A stretch of 64,000 bases of DNA from an uncultured Candidatus Saccharibacteria bacterium. GTDB taxonomy: Bacteria; Patescibacteriota; JAQUNI01. A model generated the notes under the pieces. The model did no database searches, was not told the origin of the DNA, and worked only from the letters and a program-made list of their open reading frames with translations. The position numbers and the translations under genes were made by a program. This document shows positions 12,201-21,957 of the stretch, in pieces. The first letter of the stretch is position 1. Each line of letters starts with the position of its first letter. Where the stretch lies: NCBI GenBank assembly GCA_964555185.1, contig CAZKRD010000004.1, forward strand, positions 755 through 64,754. The letters run 5' to 3'.

Positions 12201-13827
12201 AATCGAAGCCTCTGGCACCCTAGCAAATGCCGACCCTCTCTACATCGGAGTAGATGATGACGGCTCTTCCAATCCTTGGGATGGTGAGATCGATGAACTT
12301 AAGATCTACCGTTTTACCTTGACGCCAGAAGAGATCAAACAAGAATACAATCAAAGCAAAAGCCTTGTTTTGGGTTCAAAGTCAACAGAATCTGACGGCA
12401 CCACTCCATCCAATTCAGCTTCAAGGGAGTACTGCGTCCCTGGAGACACAACATTTTGTGATCCGCCAGTGGCGCACTGGCGGATGGATACAAAAGGAGG
12501 GGATACGGCTTATGATTTAGCCGGATCGAATGACGGCACCTTGGGCAGCGGCGCTGGCGCTGACTCTGCTGATCCTGTGTGGCGACATGAAGACCGCTGC
12601 CACGAAGCGGGCTGTCTTGATTTTGATGGGGTGGATGATTATGTGGATGCGGGGAACGATGATTCTTTGACTAATATCAGTGAACTTACAATTTCAGCTT
12701 GGATAAATAGCCCTCTTCTATTTGAGGAATCTGCTGGCTCTGATTTAGGGTCTATTGTAGACAACGATGATAATGAAAATTATCAAATGAGAGTTAATGA
12801 GGATGGTCAAGTAATTCTTAATCTAGGTGGCGCATGGAATGCGTGTAGAACTGCAGGTGGAGCTATAACAGCAAATACTTGGCATCATCTTGTAGGCACA
12901 TACGATGGCTCAAATTGTGAAATTTTTGTTGATGGAATTAGTAAAGATACTGGAACAGGTGGAGCATTAATTGATTCTGCAGAACCTGTTTATATTGGCA
13001 AAAGAAAAGATACGGCTACTGAACGTTTTAATGGTATCATAGACGACGTCCGTATATACGACTACGCCCGAACACCAGCCCAAATCGCCTGGGAGTATAA
13101 TAGGGGAGCGCCTGTTGGCTGGTGGAAAATGGATGAGGGTCAGGATTCAGAAACAACCTGCAACGCCACTGGCTCAACTGTGTATGACTACTCTGGCAAC
13201 GGCAATAACGGAACCCTTTCACTCCAACCTGCTGGCAACACAGCCACTACAACTGCATGGTCCGAAGGCAAATACTCCTGCGCCCTCGACTTTGACGGCA
13301 CTGATGATTATGTGGAGATCGGAGATAGTGACTCTTTAGATAACACAAACCAATTGACAATTTCTACTTGGGTTTATCCAGAATCTATTTCCAATAGAGG
13401 TATTTTGGCAAAAAGAGTTGCTTTTCAGGATAATCACTCATATGACCTTTATTTTGCTTCAAGTAAATTATATGTTGATATTGATAGTAATAATGATAGA
13501 TTTAGTAGTAATAAAATTTTCAGCACCAACCAATGGTATCATATTGTGGTTGTGTATGATGGAACATTAGCATCTGCTCAGCGGGCTAAAGTTTATGTAG
13601 ATGGTGTTTTGGACAAAACGGCAACTGAAACAAGCACATCTATTCCAAACTACGCCTCGAATTTTTATATTGGGGTTTTAAAAACAGACCCTGGGACAAC
13701 TTGGGAATTCGACGGTCTCATAGACGACGTCCGCATATACAACTACGCCCTAACCCCGTTGCAAATTCGCACACTTTACAACGAGAATTCAGCGGTGAGA
13801 TTTGGACCTACCGAGGGATTGCCGTAA
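6271..13827 (+). CDS. Giant membrane-anchored multi-LamG (concanavalin A-like) surface protein with CBM-like domains
   Basis: N-terminal hydrophobic helix. Repeated W.(L/M/F)DE.....AYD, FDG.DDY, W.H....YDG and F.G.IDDVRIY.YA motifs. NLI.DG.ME CBM-like starts. Confidence 0.85.
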   Translation: MLLKIKKPICWFKKLSKRVLFLIILGIFFVGAGVFTIVAVNNRGNEPVAWWRLDEGYGTSAYDASANSNTGTIINAVWKNEPYCKTGKCLYFDGTNDYLSIINDSTLNPTEGVTIETWARPNNFDSSASLIKKDQQYSLDIAQGVPNFRAYANSRWYSAIGGERAWLFREPADNQLTGDGGATFTEAFGYRALTPANLTAEKGVLITDADGSGSGSGDNLQYSRGSQSTPDGTNVVYENFDPNQGTLEFWVRPNWDGDDGLRHYITQGWHDTNNRFQIRKDISTNDLYFSYYANSSGADVGAYDISSWNAGVWHHIIGVWDKNNVTNGTDNITLYVDGSRIAGNVTDPGQAEGVDTDFHIGSGRDGADQFNGTIAGRILNRPLTSTEVTALYNSGAGSTDTFTVTPDTVWMGTYSDDSTTATYWHTGKSVSAIADGANEDTLTTASGADNSFSDNDRVVVYDGTGYKVEGCVDGAPSDTSVAVDNCADADPGTTENIGVHAELDSSTPEYFYNAAASMKPGDGVDFYVAAWVNPAVVGTYIIFQSGLPYAWVDRAGYYFYMSGDKIGIRLDDETDTGGGAFTSEACIVADKWQHIAVRVDRDDLAYFFCNGYAAGTANVSGYDGDLSDAAITRIGTGYNGAGNPQYSFDGKIRDVRIQVGGTQPSDAQILYQATHPLDYTASSWTLNGSRGYYTMTDSDMSSGLTASGDAIALLTAGGGNPREQEAFVSKNLIQDGSMENGGIGEWQVGDVATTLAKDTTTIKYDNQSLKITNADASQAFARQSITTVAGEDYYFNGWFYGPSTVNGASQLVDVDATAALGVTATQAGAIASTWKEVDFCFEAGDTSTDIDLGSGSVIDTEIGYWDSVKLLPNLIDDGGMEGAYTSCGASLTLSSVNTTFTSTRVTDGSAWTLSSVISGYIAIASGGSKGMITVVDDGSDYVDVENWDAGTPSNGETVRIYYALPDGWSTSICNSASKPRRLEGRTGSYAQQLRMGAASCTHYLYQDIAGYEDFKGKYLTLSAWVNGNWSIGAGSCTPPYIMIDDGVSTVSSETKSVDDGWEKLIITKLISDSATKIRVRLYVPYYIYSTWDDISLVVLDDISPSTATPSTEANSFGTGKWSDTNGAFLVDGGDTLTYTQSGNLDNEAGTVAFWVKPNGYDESTPVDKYWIDTRDSTPDQGFYVYMNSTEDDVVFAGNDSVNVWAATSTAIDWSVNAWHHIAVTYDCSQAGGSDEVYLYIDGSVAASDTSETCASWTLPTNMYVNSDYAGANQGDAYLDDIRTYDSVLSSTEITDIYNNTKLRTVSANEWAHLTGVYSKDDANLKIYKNGVLQNTVAVGASYDLATSSNNLMLGEAFFGFLDEPRIYDYARTADQVKADYVAASSLRGASGRAVTVGEGIDSSEGLVAHWAMDESAWDGTTDEVVDSSGNANHGVRVADANTTSTAKYGRAGTFDGTGDYVDIGIGPTAVNVVAFWANPGTTSDYFIDLNGSAYISVSSGTLSATGFTDPTIYVNGAVSNTIVASAWQHIVVTTNTSINASDLDIGRLEGTDDYQGEIDDVKMYSVIRSASQIRKDYETGPPPDLHLKMDENTGDTVYDTAGENDGILGTGSGVDVRDPSWAPGKYGSGLKLDGYDDRIIVSHGSAFEFGRGNFTIAFWAKIIDNIRMGKDYYYGESPAGENRWAIHSAGYGQGIMWQSANCGDGSNDVMVGAGSSGDYADGEWRHFAFVKKDQIGYWYINSVDKTSWRSDSFADFGCSLSNDRTLVMGRYTRYPVDGTDYMDGSFDDFRVYKYARTQKQIMEDMNAGHPAVGSPVGSYVGYWKFDEGYGTTAYDNSVNDNDLTLSNESWETDCKFDSCWDGDGTEYVYRNDDPDFDFGATDDFAITGWFKHDTIADNPDYLVVKNNGKGYKIYMDSDGDLAFGIDDDASFDPDDVVGDDQSKNYDDNTWHHFAAIANDTTSIKLYVDGIKIDEDTTIEASGTLANADPLYIGVDDDGSSNPWDGEIDELKIYRFTLTPEEIKQEYNQSKSLVLGSKSTESDGTTPSNSASREYCVPGDTTFCDPPVAHWRMDTKGGDTAYDLAGSNDGTLGSGAGADSADPVWRHEDRCHEAGCLDFDGVDDYVDAGNDDSLTNISELTISAWINSPLLFEESAGSDLGSIVDNDDNENYQMRVNEDGQVILNLGGAWNACRTAGGAITANTWHHLVGTYDGSNCEIFVDGISKDTGTGGALIDSAEPVYIGKRKDTATERFNGIIDDVRIYDYARTPAQIAWEYNRGAPVGWWKMDEGQDSETTCNATGSTVYDYSGNGNNGTLSLQPAGNTATTTAWSEGKYSCALDFDGTDDYVEIGDSDSLDNTNQLTISTWVYPESISNRGILAKRVAFQDNHSYDLYFASSKLYVDIDSNNDRFSSNKIFSTNQWYHIVVVYDGTLASAQRAKVYVDGVLDKTATETSTSIPNYASNFYIGVLKTDPGTTWEFDGLIDDVRIYNYALTPLQIRTLYNENSAVRFGPTEGLP

Positions 13828-13856
13828 TAACGATTATATGCGAATTTGCAACGGGG
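13754..13856. mobile_element. MITE-like element with 18-bp perfect terminal IRs and CTAA direct repeats, carrying the present C-terminus of the LamG gene
   Basis: CCCCGTTGCAAATTCGCA (13754-13771) and TGCGAATTTGCAACGGGG (13839-13856); CTAA at 13750-13753 and 13857-13860. Confidence 0.65.
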
Positions 13857-13966
13857 CTAACCCAAACCAAACCCCGTTAGAGGTTTACCTCTAAACGGGG
13901 CAAATTAAGAATGTATTTAACGAGGGCTCCGTCGTCCGCTTCGGCCCAACAGAAGGATTGCCTTGA
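13857..13966 (+). pseudogene. Orphan former 3' end of the LamG gene
   Basis: 13901-13966 reads QIKNVFNEGSVVRFGPTEGLP*, compared with the gene end QIRTLYNENSAVRFGPTEGLP*. Confidence 0.8.
13872..13900. repeat. Short palindrome CCCCGTTAGAGG-TTTA-CCTCTAAACGGGG
   Basis: Hairpin with the same CCCCGTT...AACGGGG ends as the neighbouring element; CAAA on both sides. Confidence 0.6.
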
Positions 13967-14038
13967 TAAAACAATTTTTAAATGCCTTGTTTTGGTTAAT
14001 TTTTCTTGTTAAAGTTCAGTTAAACAAAACAATAATAT

Positions 14039-17000
14039 ATGTTTGCAAAAGTTAATCCCAGGCCCAATTTTCCAAAAATCGAAAAAAAGATTTTAGATTA
14101 TTGGGCGAAAAATAAAATATTTAAAAAAAGCGTAGACAAGAAAGCAAGCAAAGGCAACTACGTGTTTTTTGAGGGTCCGCCAACAGCAAATGGCAAACCC
14201 GGCGTGCATCATATAGAGGCGCGGGCTTTTAAGGATTTGTTTCCGCGCTATAAAACAATGCGAGGGCACAGGGTAGTAAGGAAAGCGGGCTGGGACACGC
14301 ACGGATTGCCGGTTGAATTGGAGGTTGAGAAGAATTTAGGGTTCTCGGGCAAGCGCGACATTGAGGAGTATGGGATCGAGAGGTTTAACAGGAAATGTAA
14401 AGTTTCAGTCTGGAAATACAAAGAGGATTGGGAAGAGATGACCCGCCGGATTGGTTTTTGGCTGGATATGGAAGATCCTTATGTTACTTTTGATAATGAT
14501 TATATTGAATCGGTTTGGTGGATAATAAAGCAGGTTTGGGATAAAGGATTGCTCTATCAGGGCCATAAGGTCGTCCCCTATTGTCCGCGGTGCGGAACCG
14601 CGCTTTCGAGCCATGAGGTGGCGCAGGGGTATAAGAAAGTGAAAGAGGAGAGCGTGTTCGTTAAGTTCAAAATCAAAGATCAAATCTCAAAAATCAAAAA
14701 TACAAATCAAAAGTCAAAAATTAAAATCACTTCGCGATTTTTGAATGGAAAAGAGGATGTTTATTTTTTAGCCTGGACCACGACGCCTTGGACTCTGCCA
14801 GGGAATTTGGCATTGGCTTTGGGGGAGGATATTGATTATGTTTTAGTAGAAGTAGGAGCAGGCCTTGTGCCTGCCCTGCATCGGAATGACGCAGAGCCTG
14901 CCCAGGGCGACCACAAGGGTCGCCCCTACAGAGAATGTTTCATTTTGGCCCGAGAGCGGTTGGAAATTTTAGAGGGGAAGTATAAGATAATTAAGGAATT
15001 TAAAGGTAAGGATTTGGCAGGGACCCCCTATGAGCCGTTGTATCCGGTTTTTAGCGGCGAAGAGAGCGAGCATATCTACCATTCTGTTTTGGCCGATTTT
15101 GTAACCACAGATGAGGGCACGGGGATTGTCCATACGGCTGTGATGTATGGGGAGGATGACTATCGGTTGGGAGAGAAGTTGGGGCTGCCGAAAAGACATA
15201 CAGTAAACTTACAAGGTAAATTCAAAGTCAAAAATCAACCTTCGAGTCCTGAGCCTCAGGTCGAGGGAAAGTCAAAAATAGAAGCTGCTTTGCAGCTTTT
15301 GAGAAAGATAGAGGGCAAATTTGTTAAGGATGCGGAGGGTGATATAGTTTCTGATTTAAAGAAGCGCGGATTGTTTTATAAATCCGAGATGTATGAACAT
15401 GATTATCCGTTCTGCTGGCGGTGCAAGACGCCGCTTTTATACTATGCGAAGAAGAGTTGGTTTATTGCGATGAGTAAATTGCGTAAAAAACTAAAGGAGA
15501 ATAATGAAGAAATTAATTGGGTTCCAGACTATCTCAAACACGGCCGTTTTGGTAAATGGCTGGAGGAGGTCAAGGATTGGGCTGTATCGAGGGAGAGGTA
15601 TTGGGGAACGCCGCTGCCGGTTTGGCAATGCCAAACTGGTAATTTCCAATTTCCAATTTCCAATTTCCAAACAAATTACAAATTACAAATTTCAAATTCC
15701 AGACAGTGTGGTAATGTTAGAGTTATTGGTTCTGTAAAAGAGTTAGAAAAATTGAGTAATAGGAAAATTGGGGATTTGCATCGGCCGGATATTGACAAGA
15801 TTAAGTTTAAATGTGAAAAATGCGGCGGGGAGATGAGGAGAGTATTGGAGGTAATTGATTGTTGGTTTGATGCGGGTTCAATGCCGTTTGCCCAGTATCA
15901 TTATCCATTTGAAAATAAGGCAAAGATAGACCGAGGAGAGCAGTACCCTGCTGATTTTATTTGCGAGGCAATCGACCAGACCCGAGGCTGGTTTTATACG
16001 CTTTTGGCGATTTCAACGCTCTTAGATAAGGGCACTTCTTATAAAAATGTGATTTCTTTGGGTCATGTTTTGGACGTTCGAGGCCAAAAAATGAGCAAAT
16101 CGCGTGGGAATGTGGTTGATCCTTTTAAAGCTTTAGAGCAATATAGCGCAGATGCTTTGCGCTGGTTTTTCTATACCGTGAATAAGCCGCAGGAATCAAA
16201 GAATTTTGACCCGCAGATTTTGCGCGATATTGTCTCGCGGTTTATTTTGACGCTGTGGAACTCGTATTCTTTTTTTGTGACGTATGCGAATATTGATAAA
16301 TTTGGTAGGGGCGACCCTAAGTGGTCGCCCGGCACGAGATTTTACAGAAGAGGGCGGCCACACGGGGCCGCCCCTACGGGGAATATTTTGGATAAGTGGA
16401 TTATTTCTAGATTAACAGGGTTGAACAAAAAAATTGTTCAATACTTGGATGATTACAATGTCTTGCGATCAGCCAAAGAGATTGAGAAGTTTGTTGACGA
16501 TTTATCCAATTGGTATATTAGGCGTTCACGCCGCAGGTTTTGGAAGAGCGAAGACGATCAGGATAAAACAGAAGGATATCAAACCTTGTATTTTGTGCTG
16601 GTCAATTTAAGCAAAATCTTAGCTCCTTTTATGCCCTTTGTTTCGGAAGAGATTTATCGCAACTTGACCGGAGACGATTCAGTGCATTTAGCCGCCTTTC
16701 CGGAAATAGATCAGAAATTATTTGATCAGAAGCTGAATCAGCAGATGGAATTTGTCCGTCAGGTTGTGGCTTCGGGCTTAAGCTTAAGGGCAAAGGCGGG
16801 GATTAAAGTTCGCCAGCCTTTAAGTAAATTCAAAGTGCAAAGTGCAAAGTGCCTGCCTTCGCCAAGGCTTCGGCAGGCAGGCAAAGTGACCGCAGGTCAT
16901 CTTGAGCGTCAGCCAAGGATCTCACCTCCTTTGTTAGAGTTGATTAAAGAAGAGCTGAATGTGAAGGAGGTTAAGTTTGTTTCTGGGCTTAAGAAGGCGA

Positions 17001-17338
17001 AAGGCTTCTTGACAGCAGAAGAGGGAGGAATTAAAGTTGGTTTGGATACGAAAGTTACTCCAGAATTAAAGCGCGAAGGGATGGCGCGCGATTTAGTCAG
17101 GGCGATTCAAGAGGCGCGCAAAAAAGCAGGCTTTCAGGTTTCAGATCGGATTGAATTGTTTGTAGAAAGAAAAGGTATGAAGTTCAATAAAGCGATTTCA
17201 GAGTGGGAAGAGTATATTAAGAAAGAGACTTTAGCAGTTAAGATTAGCGATCAGAAGGGTGATGTTGATTATAGTGAGATAGTGAAAATAGAGGGAGAAG
17301 AGGTTTGGGTAGGAGTAAAGAAGATTAAGTCAGATTAA
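14039..17338 (+). CDS. ileS: Isoleucine--tRNA ligase (type 2-like) with six in-frame repeat-derived insertions
   Basis: EGPPTANG.P..HH, GWDTHGLP, WTTTPWTLP, DWAVSRERYWGTP, KMSKS. Confidence 0.97.
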   Translation: MFAKVNPRPNFPKIEKKILDYWAKNKIFKKSVDKKASKGNYVFFEGPPTANGKPGVHHIEARAFKDLFPRYKTMRGHRVVRKAGWDTHGLPVELEVEKNLGFSGKRDIEEYGIERFNRKCKVSVWKYKEDWEEMTRRIGFWLDMEDPYVTFDNDYIESVWWIIKQVWDKGLLYQGHKVVPYCPRCGTALSSHEVAQGYKKVKEESVFVKFKIKDQISKIKNTNQKSKIKITSRFLNGKEDVYFLAWTTTPWTLPGNLALALGEDIDYVLVEVGAGLVPALHRNDAEPAQGDHKGRPYRECFILARERLEILEGKYKIIKEFKGKDLAGTPYEPLYPVFSGEESEHIYHSVLADFVTTDEGTGIVHTAVMYGEDDYRLGEKLGLPKRHTVNLQGKFKVKNQPSSPEPQVEGKSKIEAALQLLRKIEGKFVKDAEGDIVSDLKKRGLFYKSEMYEHDYPFCWRCKTPLLYYAKKSWFIAMSKLRKKLKENNEEINWVPDYLKHGRFGKWLEEVKDWAVSRERYWGTPLPVWQCQTGNFQFPISNFQTNYKLQISNSRQCGNVRVIGSVKELEKLSNRKIGDLHRPDIDKIKFKCEKCGGEMRRVLEVIDCWFDAGSMPFAQYHYPFENKAKIDRGEQYPADFICEAIDQTRGWFYTLLAISTLLDKGTSYKNVISLGHVLDVRGQKMSKSRGNVVDPFKALEQYSADALRWFFYTVNKPQESKNFDPQILRDIVSRFILTLWNSYSFFVTYANIDKFGRGDPKWSPGTRFYRRGRPHGAAPTGNILDKWIISRLTGLNKKIVQYLDDYNVLRSAKEIEKFVDDLSNWYIRRSRRRFWKSEDDQDKTEGYQTLYFVLVNLSKILAPFMPFVSEEIYRNLTGDDSVHLAAFPEIDQKLFDQKLNQQMEFVRQVVASGLSLRAKAGIKVRQPLSKFKVQSAKCLPSPRLRQAGKVTAGHLERQPRISPPLLELIKEELNVKEVKFVSGLKKAKGFLTAEEGGIKVGLDTKVTPELKREGMARDLVRAIQEARKKAGFQVSDRIELFVERKGMKFNKAISEWEEYIKKETLAVKISDQKGDVDYSEIVKIEGEEVWVGVKKIKSD
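14852..14929. repeat. GTAG-type REP inverted doublet, in frame in ileS
   Basis: GTAG-GAGCAGGC-CTTGT-GCCTGCCC ... GGGCGACC-ACAAG-GGTCGCCC-CTAC. Confidence 0.85.
16305..16377. repeat. GTAG-type REP inverted doublet, in frame in ileS
   Basis: GTAGGGGCGACCCTAAGTGGTCGCCC ... GGGCGGCCACACGGGGCCGCCCCTAC. Confidence 0.85.
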
Positions 17339-17467
17339 TTTTCAATTTTCAAGTACCAATTTACAATCAATTTTCAATAACCAATGATTAAATGTTCAAA
17401 CGGTTTGAAAATTTAATCATTTAAAATTATGATTTGATTGAAAATTGAGAATTGTAAATTGAAAATT
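17337..17467. mobile_element. Empty heptamer inverted-arm element (AATTTTC family)
   Basis: Left arm AATTTTC-like units, CGG spacer, right arm GAAAATT-like units; fills the ileS-recO gap. Confidence 0.75.
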
Positions 17468-17472
17468 AACCA

Positions 17473-18210
17473 ATGTATTTTTCGAAAAAAATAAAAGGGA
17501 TTGTGATTAAGCGAAGGAAGCACCAAGAGGCGGATTTGATTTTGACGATTTTTTCTGAAAGTTTAGGCAAGATTGAGGCGCGGGCCAGGGGATTGCGCAA
17601 GGCGAAAAGTAAAATGGCTGGCCAGTTGGAGCTTTTTAATCTAGTAAAAATAGAACTTCATCGCGGCAGGTTTTGGGATTTGATTATTGGCGCGGAAAGC
17701 ATTAATAATTTTTCTAACCTTAAAGCAAACCTTAAAAAATTGGTCCTTGCTCATTTTTTCGCGGAATTTGTTGACAAGTTTACGCCAGAAGGAGGGAAGG
17801 ATATCCGTTTTTACAATATTTTTCGGGATATTTTTTTGGATTTAGATCGTTTTTCAAAGAGGCGAGAGTATTTGAGAGCTTTTATTGGTGGCGAGGTTAG
17901 ACTTTTAAAACATTTAGGCCTCACTCCCTGTTTGGATCGGTGTCTCGGCTGCGGCGCTCTTCTTTCGGGCGGCCGTTTTAAATTGGGAGAAGGAGGGGTC
18001 TATTGCCCAAATTGCTCGACAGGGGTAAAGTACAGTGATTCGATTGACCAGAGGACACTTTCGTTTTTATCCCAAGAGACGCGAAGTCAGGCGCGAGAGG
18101 TCAAAGGCAATGAGCAGGATCTGAAGAAAGTCAGCTTGGCGCTGGCAGGATTCTTTGCCGCGGCCTGTCTTGAGAGGCCAAGGGCGCTTGAGTTTATTAA
18201 AAAGCTTTAA
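17473..18210 (+). CDS. recO: DNA repair protein RecO
   Basis: GIVIK....EADLILTIFS..LGKI...ARG.RK.KSK; C..CG...C..C zinc motif. Confidence 0.93.
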   Translation: MYFSKKIKGIVIKRRKHQEADLILTIFSESLGKIEARARGLRKAKSKMAGQLELFNLVKIELHRGRFWDLIIGAESINNFSNLKANLKKLVLAHFFAEFVDKFTPEGGKDIRFYNIFRDIFLDLDRFSKRREYLRAFIGGEVRLLKHLGLTPCLDRCLGCGALLSGGRFKLGEGGVYCPNCSTGVKYSDSIDQRTLSFLSQETRSQAREVKGNEQDLKKVSLALAGFFAAACLERPRALEFIKKL

Positions 18211-18326
18211 TCAATTTTCAATAACCAATGAATAAATTTTCAAACAAAACCATTTTCGCAGGTTTGAAAATTAAATCATTGAACCTTCGGATTTGATTGA
18301 AAATTGAGATTTGTAAATTGAAAATT
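18209..18326. mobile_element. Empty heptamer inverted-arm element (AATTTTC family)
   Basis: Inverted arms; near-identical to the reverse complement of part of 57137-57345, including the spacer. Confidence 0.75.
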
Positions 18327-18332
18327 ACCTTT

Positions 18333-20166
18333 ATGATCAACCTTGCCTACCCTAAAGTAGGGCCAAAGAGAAAGTCTTCGGGCAGGAAGCGCGGCATAAT
18401 TTTAGCGGTTTTAGTTTTAGTTTTTCTTTTTGGAGGAGCTTCTGGTTGGTATTTTTTTATTTTTCAAAAACAAGCGGATAATTTTACAGGCCAAGGGGTG
18501 GAAGTAAAAATCGAGGCGCCGGAGGAGGTGATTTCCGGCTCTTCTTATCAATACACGATTGAATACGTTAATAACGAAAAGGTGGCGCTTGAGAATGCCT
18601 CGCTTGTCCTTTATTTCCCCTCCGGTTTTAATTTTACTGATTCTTTACCAGAGCCGGATTCAAAGGGAGAGAGCGAAGAGGCCAATGTCGCTTTTAAGGT
18701 TCAGGGCGATTCCTCTTCCCGTACCTGGGATTTGGGAAGACTGGATCAGGGGGAGCGGGGAATAATTAAGTTTAAAGGGATTATTTTGGGGGATTTGGGT
18801 TCAACCAACGCTTTGAGTGCGCATTTGAGCTACCAGCCGGAGAATTTCAGCTCCAGTTTTTCAGCAGAAGGCGGGACTAGCGTGTTGGTTAAAAAATCGC
18901 TGGTTGATTTTGATTTAGAACTGCCCGAGAAGACAGGAAAGGGGAGAGAGGTTGAGATCGCGGTTTTATACCGTAATATCACCTCGGAAGATTTAGAGAA
19001 TGTGCGGATTATCCTGAATTATCCAGAAGGATTTTCTTTTATCTCATCAGAACCAAGAGCAGATCGCGAGGATCGGGTTTGGGATTTTCGAGTTTTGCGG
19101 CGCGGCGAGCGGGGGCGGATTGATCTTAAGGGGAAGATAGATTCGGGAGAGTCTTTAGCTGCCTTTAGCGCAGAGCTTGGGGTTGTGGATCAGTATAAGC
19201 AGTTTTTCAGCCAAGTCAAGCAGGAGAAGAAGATGATTGTTTTAAACCCCTTATTGGAAATAACCGCTACGATTAACGGCGAGGAGGAGACGAAGATCAA
19301 TCCCGGCGATGAGCTTAGATTTATCTTTACTTATGCTAATCTTGGGGATGTCAGGATTGAGGATGGAACAATCAACTTCTCTATGGAAACAGGGCTTTTG
19401 GATACCAGTTCAATCTCGATTTTAGAAGGTCATTATGATGCTAACGAATTCACTTGGGATGCCGGCTCTTCCTTGGGCTTGGCGAGGGTGGAACCGGGGG
19501 AAAAGGGCAGGGTAGAATTTGGAGCTCAACTTTTACCTGTTTTCCCCTATTCCTCTTTGGATAAGCGGAACTTGGAACTCTCGGGCAAAGCGCGTTTTGA
19601 AAGCAATAGTGTTGACGGACTCCGAGGGTTTGATTTTGAGACCGAGAGCAATGAATTGAGAGCGAAAATCAACACCGAGCTTGATTTGGTTTCGGAAGCG
19701 CGATATTTTGACCTTGATTATGAACAGGCAGGTTCAGGCCCTCTGCCGCCTAAAGTGGGGCAAAAAACCATTTATCGTATTTATTGGACGCTTTCTAACA
19801 CGACTAATGACGCGGAGAATGTTCAAATTAAAACTATCCTGCCGGAAGGGGTGGCTTTCGGGGAGGATTTTTTCTCTTCTTTTGGCAATGAATTAGAGTA
19901 TGATCCGGAGACAAGAGCCGTGATTTGGGATTTGGGCAGGGTGCAGGCCTATGCCGGCAGTGTTTTGGCAGGCGCGCGGGCTTGGTTTGAGGTTGGTGTG
20001 ATCCCGACCGCGGACCAGGTAGGCCAAACTCCGCCATTAACGGAAGAGATTTTTGTTTCGGGACAGGATTTGTTTACCGAAGCCAGAATTGAGAATGAAC
20101 ATCCGAGTTTAAATACAGAATTGACTAATGATTTGGGAGCATTGGGGAAAGGGGAGGTGGTGAAGT

Positions 20167-20168
<2 letters not shown>
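18333..20168 (+). CDS. Membrane-anchored protein with tandem Ig-like (DUF11-like) domains
   Basis: N-terminal TM helix and repeated Y.N.....L....L...P.GF.F..S.P.......W motifs. ATG at 18333 is preferred because the upstream TTG lies in the repeat arm. Confidence 0.65.
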
Positions 20169-21901
<1,733 letters not shown>

Positions 21902-21957
21902 AATAGTGTGCTAAAATAAAAAGAGAAATTTGGCTAAAACAGGTCAGACTATAAATC

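Noticed and set aside
13828-14038. T-box leader for ileS
   Set aside because: No T-box motif was seen; the region is explained by the IR element and the orphan gene end.
14039-17338. Inteins or introns explaining the long IleRS
   Set aside because: The inserts are short, in frame and repeat-derived, with no intein C/HN termini or intron core structure.
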